In this document: positions 1 through 9,180 of the stretch, one piece after another
Numbering within the stretch: position 1 is the first letter of the stretch
Layout of the letters: the number at the start of each line of letters is the position of its first letter
Program-made: the position numbers and the translations under genes
Notes under the pieces: generated by a model
What the model saw: the letters and a program-made list of their open reading frames with translations, nothing else
Databases searched by the model: none
Told to the model about the DNA's origin: nothing
Assembly (NCBI GenBank): GCA_965285935.1
Contig: OZ260663.1
Coordinates: forward strand, 68,014,001 to 68,078,000
Direction of reading: 5' to 3'
Source: Ophelia neglecta
Taxonomy: Eukaryota
DNA length: 64,000 nucleotides

Positions 1-284
1 TTGCTAATTCCTCTTTATACAATGAAATATTTCGTTATTCGTTACAATTTCTTAATGTGTAATATCTTATTCGAACGGCGTGAGTATCAACAATGGCCGA
101 CATAGTTTGACAGAAATATTCGGGTTGTATCGCGCCGAGGGTAGCCTTGAATCGTAACGGTAGTTCAGAGCGCGATATAAGGCTACCCTCATTATTGCAT
201 TGTTATTATATAGAACCGGGACAGGACGGGACTGATATTTGGTCCTCGCAGGACTCTCCGCTCTACCGTAGTCCACAGCTCCAG

Positions 285-755
285 GGACGCTGTATCGTTA
301 GCGAAGAGGTTACTGAATGCATTAACAATGGACATGGGCAGGTCATTGATAAATAACAGAAAGAGTAACGGTCCAAGCACAGAGCCCTGTGGCACTCCGT
401 ATTCAATTTGCAAAAAAGAGGAAAGTGTCCCATTTACTAAAACAGCTTGTTTTCTATCAGTTAAATAACTCTCAAACCATAGTTTGCAGGTACCGCGAAT
501 ACCACCCGGCATAATGTTCCAGTTTAGTGAGTAGGATGCTATGGTCTATGGTATCGAAACAGTTTTGCAGGTTAAAAAAGCATATTCCACCAACCAGGCC
601 TTCGTTAACAGCATCCAATAGGTCAGCTATGACCCTATGTAATGATGTTTCTGTAGAATGGTATTTTCTATAGGCAGACTGGTCCGGTGAAAGAAAATTA
701 TGTTCACTGAGATAGGCTTTTAGTTGGTTCTAAACAATTTTTTCAAATATTTTTA
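285..755 (-). pseudogene. Decayed non-LTR retrotransposon (CR1/L2-like LINE) reverse transcriptase fragment
   Basis: The minus strand reads KIFEKIV*NQLKAYLSEHNFLSPDQSAYRKYHSTETSLHRVIADLLDAVNEGLVGGICFFNLQNCFDTIDHSILLTKLEHY, then after a frameshift near 505-511 GIRGTCKLWFESYLTDRKQAVLVNG...GVPQGSVLGPLLFLLFINDLP...LFANDT. These are typical LINE RT motifs. It carries an in-frame stop and a frameshift, and catalytic FADD is changed to FAND. Confidence 0.92.
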
Positions 756-761
756 CATTCT

Positions 762-1050
762 GTTTTGACATTTGAAGGCCTGTATCAGCTTAAGGGTGCA
801 AGATATTAACTATATATGTATTAGACACCTATAGGAAACCATATGAGGGGATTTTTTTGGTGACCTAGATGTTGACCTTTGACCTACTTTTGAAATTTTA
901 AGCTCTGTATCAGCGTTGGTCATCTACATTTTGGCTTTAACCTACTTTTGAAATTTGAAGACAGCCCTGTATCAGCTTAACGTTGAAAATAAGCCAATCG
1001 ATTAGGGTGAAGCCTAGAAACTGAGCAAAGCTCAGTTCCAGAGATCTAGT
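762..1050 (+). mobile_element. Helitron/Helentron-like non-autonomous element, 3' portion
   Basis: Internal imperfect repeats: CTGTATCAGC three times (about 780, 905, 967), ACCTACTTTTGAAATTT twice and TTGACCTTTGACCT. These are followed by an 8-bp hairpin AACTGAGC-AAA-GCTCAGTT (1019-1037), then CTAG (1046-1049) and T, the classical Helitron 3' signature. Confidence 0.55.
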
Positions 1051-1468
1051 TTAATTTGGACCTTTTTATATAGAGGAAAATTATTTAATTTTGTATTGAC
1101 GTTTAGGTCGGATATTTGTCCTCAATTTCAGAACAACCATTTCTGTTTAAGTTCCTCAGCACGGTCAACAATTTTTTTTACGCTGATTTGGTTTATTATA
1201 TGGTGTACTAATCACCAGCACGCAGTTATGTTCTTTCATCATTAATCTGCAGGGTGTTATCTCACACTCAGAGACTAATTTCATCTACCTTGTTCAACAG
1301 AATGTTAACATTTGTAAAACAACAGTTAGTACGTAGATCTGAATCAAAAGAGCGCTGACTGTCCTCAGCAGTCATGTGTCACGTAGTTATTGAGCAATGT
1401 CGGGTTATTTTACGCAGCAGTGCGCGAAATTTCCCGACTTTACCCTATATATACCAAAAGGTATAGTA

Positions 1469-1623
1469 GTAGGACCAATGGGTCGTAGGACCAATGGGCT
1501 GTAGGCCCAATGGGTCGTAGGACCCGGGCCCGAGATAATAGGACCAATGGGCCGTAGGACTAATGGGCCGTAGGACCAATGGGTCGTAGGACCAATGGGC
1601 TGTAGGACTATAGAGCAGGCCCC
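1469..1623 (+). repeat. 16-bp tandem repeat (GTAGGACCAATGGGYY, about 8 copies) ending in TATAGAGCAGGCCCC; probably one arm of a repeat-rich MITE
   Basis: The tandem units are directly visible, with one interruption (CCCGGGCCCGAGATAA). The MITE-arm interpretation is inference; no inverted partner arm was seen in the window. Confidence 0.85.
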
Positions 1624-2823
1624 GCCTGACAGATGTCTGAGTACTTTTTTTTGTAGTATTATCTATTAAACATGGCGTTTAGGAAAAATGATAGTCAAGG
1701 GAGTCAGAAAATTCCAGTATTGCATGTTATTCTCTATCATGTACAACAGAATTGGTTCAGACGAATTTATCATATGCAACATGCAGTTAAATGCTGATTA
1801 ACATGGAGATAAAGGAGATTCGTGTTTTAATCTTCATACATTCCTTGCGTAGTGTGTGGTTAATGCACAGACTAACTAACTATAATGGCTTGGGGAGATA
1901 TGACTTGCCTGAATGCGATGACGGATTTATTCACCAGCCGAAAGTGTCTCATTGACTTTGTACGGCACGATGTTCAATTTGATTTGCACAATCTGGGTAA
2001 TATAGAATAAATTATTTTTCATATGGGACAACAGCTGTGAATAGAAGACTAAGCATACGGCTGCCCTTATTACTCACAGGGATTTCGCCTTTATGTAGAT
2101 TTTAGTCAATCTAGCAACTGTCCGAACTATCACAATACTCAATGGTCTACTCTGCGTTGTTCCGTCAATGCACGTTTTTCCTCTCACCTCCTATTCACCT
2201 ACATTATTCATAGTGGATACTAAATGCCACTCAATCCAGTTCGGGGAGGATAATTACTCCGGCAATCTTTCGTCGTACCTCCGACTCTCGGATAAAGATT
2301 GCTATTATGATGCTATAGATTTTGCAAATCAAATTAAGGAGACAAGTGTAATAAGGCCGCAGCTGTTTCCTCAAGAAATGAATTATATTGTAGGACGCGA
2401 CGTAATTGGAAAAATAAACGTCTTAATCAGCGCTGTGACAGATGTATTAAATGGACAAAAACGAAAAGGGAAAATCATGATCAAAATTTTATCTGTCAAG
2501 TTAAGTACTTCATGTCATACAAATTATGTTTTAATTATAGAAATCAATGTTTATATAATCACATGCAGAACATTTTTCAATGGTGTGATTAATAGGCGAA
2601 GTTAATTAGGCTAAAACGGCTTGCGAGTTTGTCATTTCAAACTAAGTTTGATGTGGCTTTGGAAGTGTAGTGAGGCCCTATTTTTAGTCTGGGTTTGATG
2701 AATTGGGGGTATTTTGGTTTCCGGGTCATACATTATCTCAGCAGTAGTGTCAGGTTGTTTAGTTCGTTGCTCTGTGTCACATAGTGAAGGCATGAATGAT
2801 GTTGTTCCTGATATCATCCACAG

Positions 2824-5800
2824 GTCCTGAGGAATATTGTAACCGAGAGCACTTCAATTCCACATGTTTGTCCAATCACGTGTTGGCAATCGAGCGAGCC
2901 CGCTACGGCCGGATGCAGCTGGGACGCTGTGTGAAAAGGAACCTGGGATATCTCGGCTGTGAAGTCGATGTCCTCTCTCACATGGACATCAAATGCTCAG
3001 GCAAACAACAATGTGTGATGAAAGTATGTCCCACATAGTAGAATATATTTAGAATTCCTGTAAAAATGACACGCGAAAGCATGGTTCTTTTTCCTCAACA
3101 AACCACCCTAATTATCTATTATATCCCAGGATAGCCTTTAATTCAATTCCGATATTTCATGTACTCTCTCCCCCGTGTTTAGCCAAACACGGTCATGTTT
3201 TGGTTTACTCACAAATGTTTAAGAAATCATTGAACAGATACTTCGTTGCTTAAATGGCCTGTGCCAAGGGCATGTCTAAATTACCTCATAAACTATGGCT
3301 AATGGCACGATAAAAATAGTGTACGGCATCCTAGACTCAATGCATATTTTTCCTTCTATGAGGTTCCGGACGATAATCTGTACTCAACTCAGCCTTGCCC
3401 CGAGGACACGACGTCATATTTAGAGGTCAGCTACAAATGCCTGCCAGGTAATATGCCTTGATTTACAAGTTAACAAATCATAAGAAATCTCATAAAACAA
3501 ATGTAGATTCCCATTAACTCTTATCATTTATGGACATGTTGCCACGCGAACTGCAGCGCCAGCTGTGAAATTTGGAAGATATTGATTTGGTCAGGCCACA
3601 GTAGGGACAAGAAAATTGCTCAAGATTATGAAGTTCGACTTGCAAATATGTCCTAATTACACAATTTATCGCGACGAAGGGTGTTATGCTGTATTTAAAT
3701 GAAATATATTGCATATGTACTCGAATTTTCCCTATATTTGCATTGCTAGTTGAGGCTGCTTCTCAGTCGGAGTGCCAGAGGAAAGGTCTCCTCAAACGGA
3801 CCTTTGACTCGGGCTACATCGCCAGCACCACCACGGACAAGCAGGGGTTCGGCTCCATGTCTTGTCCCTGGCTTTTGGAAGCTGCTGCAGGACAAAAGCT
3901 CAACATTACCCTGCTGAATTTCCTTCGGCACATACCTTTGTCCCAAGAGACCGATGAAGGGGAACCGGATGTACGAAGGTCAGCCATCTGCTATGAAATC
4001 GCTGTCATCAAGGATGGTGGATCGAAAAAAACCATATTGTCCTGTGAACCAAACAAGAGGCACTCGCATGTCTATACATCTATCACCAATAAACTAGAGA
4101 TTACCATCCCTAAAAGGAACACTGACAGTGTGGCTGGCTCATTTATATTGAAATATGAAGGTAGTTCTATACACATAAACCCTTATTAATGCAAATTTTA
4201 TAGCACTGAAATTATTGCTGAATGGAATTCATCGTGCAAGAAAATCAGACGACTGCCCACCACACGATGTTTGTATCCCTTGGTTTAATCATATTTTTTA
4301 TTAGGTTTGACCTTATAATTTGAATCCATATTAACGATCATTTATTGGAAAAATACTCTGCTGTATTGTCTTTTAGCAATCGGCTGCTCGACCATTTCGG
4401 TTCCCAAAGGAGGCACGGTCCAATATATATCTAAGTCCAGTGCCTTGGTGAAGTGTAACGCCACACAAGAGACATGGTACCTCACATGTAAGAATCACAA
4501 GTGGGCCGGAAAACTGGGAAACTGCACGCCCGGTGAGATTACAGTTTTCTACCGCTAAGATGCACAGATATAATAGATCTGTAACCGCTTAGCTGGCCGT
4601 AATTATTCGGCCAAACTGGCATTCTATATGAAACTATAGCTATGCATTTGTCAGCATAAATGTGAATAACTAAAGTGTAGATGTCCTTCAATATATTGGC
4701 TATAGGATAAAATACTATACCAATACAAACTGGCCGGTCCCTAACAGAAAGACGATTTTTTAATAATCTCCGGAGACATTTTTATCTTGTTCCAAACGGA
4801 ATGCAAATAGTTGGTTTTTATGCTCCCACCTTGTATATCCGACAAATTCGAAGTCATCATATAATATAACAATAACAATAAGTCTAATGCTACTAGCTGG
4901 TATACAAAGTTTTAAGCAATCACTTTTAAAGTATATATAGACTTTCAATGAATTACAAATATAATCAGACCATAGTAATTTATGATAATAATCTTTATGT
5001 TTTTATGTTGCACATTTTCAATGGAAAACATAAAAAAAAATTACAGGAATGTTCACCTTGATAATTAATGCATTCATGTAACAAACTTCCACTGAATAAC
5101 AAATGAAATAAGACTCACATACGAATAGATCACGTTTGTCATTTAAATGCTAGTAGCACACAAAATGTTCTCAGTTAATATTATATTAATACTATTGATC
5201 TTTTTCGACATTTAATTACTGGTTGGATTTTCAATGAACTATTATATCCCGAGTAAGTGAAAAAAGTCATTTTACTTTGCTAATTAAGCGATGTATTGTT
5301 TTATATTATAACACGCAATGCATAGTTATGATTAGAACGTACGACACTATTTCTTTTTTAGTTACTCCGTGGGGCTTGGAAAGGATTTTTGCCACAGAGG
5401 ATTCATTTCCTTTCGGTAAGTAAACCTTTAGAATAATGTAAACCTCATTACTGCAGCCTAAATACAAATCGACAATATTATATTAGTTTGCATTGAAAAA
5501 GATTTATTACCCTGACTTCAAGAATATCGAATTTTATTTACTAAGCCTGCAACATGTAAGTACCCTAAAAGAAAATGAGCAAAACGTATATATTTTATGT
5601 TAAGATATATTGGCTCAAGGCCTATGCTTTTCTGAAAGTTATTTCAGCACAAATAAAACAAACGGCAGCATATAGGCCTATGGCAATTTTCTTTTCAACA
5701 GGTATCTTGATTGCTGTTTCAATTGGCGTCGCTCTGGGAGTGTTCTTTGGTGGTTTATTGTTGGCCATTGTCATCATTCATTCAAAACGGTTAGTTGATT

Positions 5801-6779
5801 AAAATAAGCATAAAGCACACAAAATGCGTGTTGTCTCGTTTCGCTTGAAGCACAACGAGCGGGCTTTGAAGTGAATTGAGTAGGTTTAGTATTACCCGCG
5901 TCACATGAAATGGATCTTTTAGGTCGGTAGTCAATTAGTTGAGAGGAGGCATATAGTTACAGATTATTAGAAGAATCAACATCAGACCTATCACGCAATG
6001 GAGCAGACTTGACTAACTCCGGGCGTAGACTCTTTGATCGGGTAATGAAAGAGCACTCCCCTCTCCCAGTAATCAATTTGACATCTACATTTCAATTACG
6101 ATGCATTTACAATCCACATCGCCATTGTAATAGGCCATAATAGATGAGCATTCGTTGATTTGTGGTCTGACAAAGTTATATATTGCAAGATAATTGCTCA
6201 CCAATGCCGATGTGCCTTGATCTTCTTTGATTTGAGCTACTTGACCTTTCGTATTAAGGATGGTCTATGATCTATTTTTTATTCTAAAATACAAAAACAC
6301 AGACTAATGCAAAACAATCAGAGAAGAACACAGTGTTGATTTCCTCTCAGTGCCAATCTATCATGCTTGAATTATTAGTCACTTAAATTATAGTATTCTG
6401 ACTTAGGTCTCGCATATAGCTATCTGAAACAGTTTAAGCTTTAAGATTGTCTCCGTAGCTACACTTTTCATGTGTTCAATATTTAATCACTTTTGGACAT
6501 TATCATTTTAGAAAACGCCAACGACACAATAGACGTATGGCTTCACAGGAAGTTAAGCTACCCAACTACCACTCGGCGATAGGACACAAAGATTCTGATT
6601 GGCCAAGCGAAGTCAAACTGATAGAAACTAGCGCCTGTGGGGCGCACCACACAATTCAACATGGCGGAACATTACCGCGAACAGAACTCTCGGAGGACGA
6701 GCGCACACAGTACATGCATTCGCAATCCGTGATTGGAAGGCCGCGTCCGCACTTTTATGAAAGTCCGAAATTTGTGTGA
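2824..6779 (+). CDS. Paralogue 1: SUEL-lectin + CUB + Sushi-like type I membrane protein (5'-incomplete, about 420 aa visible)
   Basis: Exons 2824-3023 and 3363-3447 (SUEL: YCNREHFNSTC...ARYGRMQLGRC...CSGKQQC...PCPEDTTSYLEVSYKC), 3750-4160 (CUB: GYIAS...CPWLLEAAAGQKLNITLLNF...FILKYE), 4377-4532 (Sushi-like, 4 Cys), 5362-5415 (VTPWGLERIFATEDSFPF), 5702-5789 (TM GILIAVSIGVALGVFFGGLLLAIVII) and 6512-6779 (tail ending HFYESPKFV*). All introns are GT-AG, the phases join into one open frame, and the model is collinear with the two paralogues. Confidence 0.9.
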
Positions 6780-8269
6780 CCTTAAGGGTTGCATATTTAC
6801 TCTTTTAAGAGGCAACAATAACAAGGTTTCCCGCGTGTTTGATCGGATACGAAGTTCAAATCCATGTGTTCATATGGACTTATGGGATTGAAAGAACTTT
6901 CAAATGTATATCACTCCGCACTTGCCCTCGAGCTTTGGCTTAATAAATACGATATTCATCTATCCGGGATAGGAATTTTAAAATTGTCAGTGTTCCTCTA
7001 CGTGTTCCGTATTGTGCGCCGAGATTATCAAGACATGAATATGTAAAGCATGCTTACATTGTGCCGAATCATCGACTTATGTATCACTCCGAGAATGCGG
7101 ATGAGTTAATTCACAACACAAATGCTGTGGAAATAACTGCATTGTTAGACTCTCTTCCAGTAGTTTCACGTCTATAGTAGTATCGAATTTAAGTTCTAAG
7201 AAAAGCTATCCATCGAGAAAATCCGTGTTTGACTACATCCGATTCGGAGATTCACAACAGAGGCAAAAGTAGTACAGTTCTAACATTAAAATCTGCCGTT
7301 CAGAATCTTCTCTCATTTGCTCTTTATCTTCAACAGCAAGTAAACTGCTACTCACGTTGTCAGGTCTTTTCATATTTAAATAAAGTCTTTTTACACAAAA
7401 AGAAAATTTATGTTCTTTAGAATAGCATAACTGTTATATATTACGTTTCAAACTTGCACGCAATGATAATTTTGTCTTCGTTTTAGTTTTCAATCCTTTT
7501 ATTGGGACTCTTTAGTTTCCACGTAGGCCCTACTAATAAAATGTAGAAAAATATGGAGATCAAAGATTCCATTGCACACAAAAAAAACAAAAACATTTTC
7601 AGTAAAAGTAACAGGGTTTAGTAGTATCCAAGAAAGGAAGCTAATTAATAATTCGTTGCTGTTCATTGTTTTTTGTGCTTCTTTTTAGATGTTTCTTAAG
7701 TAATAACCGTATCAAACATGTATTAAATGGTCATTGCTCATAAATGAAAGATTAAATTAGGTTGTTCCACTGCTGTATATTTGCCCCTTATTTCTTACGT
7801 ATATGATGTTTATAATTATTTATCATTTATATGAACTGCTCCATAAAAACATTTTACATATCTCTATCAAACACCAAGTCACATTTTAAAAAACAACATT
7901 TTACTGTCCTTTTTAATAAGATCTATGTACACTCGATGACATTCAAATCACTCAAAACCAATTAGTAGAAGACGTGCAATTTTTCATTTATTATTAATCA
8001 CTATGGTTATGATGTCGTATGATTAAGTGTTTTCATTGATATTAGAATCTATCAGTTTATTTTAACTATCAGGTGAAAGTTTGTCGCTATTTATGGAGAA
8101 TACTAGCGGTATACTTTTCTCATACTCCAATAGAATTACCTGGCTTCAGTAGTATTAAAGAAAAAAGACTCATATATTTCGTTACTACTCATTATGTGAA
8201 CGGGATGTATATATTTAGAAGGTGGTGGTAATACACTGTATTCGTTTTGGGGAAACATTGTTGATAGTC

Positions 8270-9180
8270 TGGGATGGTCGTGGATGGTGCGGGCTCTGTG
8301 TTCTCTGGTTAGAAGGGGTCAACTTGGATGTGGGTGGTGGTGTCAATGGCTGGAATAGATAGGAATGAAAGATTGGGTCATGTGGATGTGGGATGTGGTT
8401 TCATTGGTTGGAGATGGTCATAGTTGGTATGTGGATGGAGGTTAAATGTTGGAGGGGTCATAGTGAGTATGGAATTGGAGGGGAGGGGTGTGTGGTGTGG
8501 GGTGGGGTAGTCAATGACTGGACGTAAAGATGGAGTGGGTTAAAATGGGACTTAGTGGCTGTGGGGATGGGATGTTGTTCCTAGTAAACGCGGGTAAAAT
8601 ATTAATGATTTAAAAAGGTCAAGTAAAGGAATCAGGTGCAGATTGTTAGGTGAAGTCATACTGATAATGGGGGCATGGTGGTTTGAGCACGATCTACTCA
8701 TATCATTGGAGGGGTTCACAGTGGGCGGACGATTAGGTGTTAATGGTTATAAATGTTCGTCGTGGGCGTGGGGCTGGTTAATGGTTAGATGAGCTTGTTC
8801 TGGGTGGCTGTGATATTGAGCTTTAAAGGTCGGGAGGGGCCAATAATTAGTCAGGGGGTGGCAATGTGTATTGGGGACATTAATGGATGTGGGCTGTTAT
8901 TGTTTAGTCATTAAGGGTGCTGGAATACCATGTTCATAGAGGGTCATAGTAGTCTCAGCGGTTAGTATGTTAATGGTTTGAAGGCACCATTTTGGAAGTC
9001 CAGGTGATAACGGCCTGGTGCCTGTTGGGGATGCGATGTGAGTACGGGGATCGAGTTATTTTGTTGGAGAGTATCAAATTGTTGGTAAATGTTAGATGTG
9101 CGTTTCCTTCTGCGTGGAGCTGGAGATTTATTGACCATAGCAAGAATATGGGAGGTCAATTAATGGCGTGATCATGGATA
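8270..9180. repeat. G/T-skewed low-complexity region, degenerate tandem repeat of about 40 bp
   Basis: Strong G+T bias on the + strand with recurring GGGTCATAGT...GGATGTGGG...TTAATGGTT-like units about 40 nt apart, clearest at 8315-8480. Confidence 0.55.

Noticed and set aside
1-2823. Search for the signal-peptide exon of paralogue 1, including ORF 2168-2605
   Set aside because: No ATG plus hydrophobic stretch plus phase-1 donor was found. ORF 2168-2605 has no recognisable motif or splice support. The exon probably lies upstream of the window.
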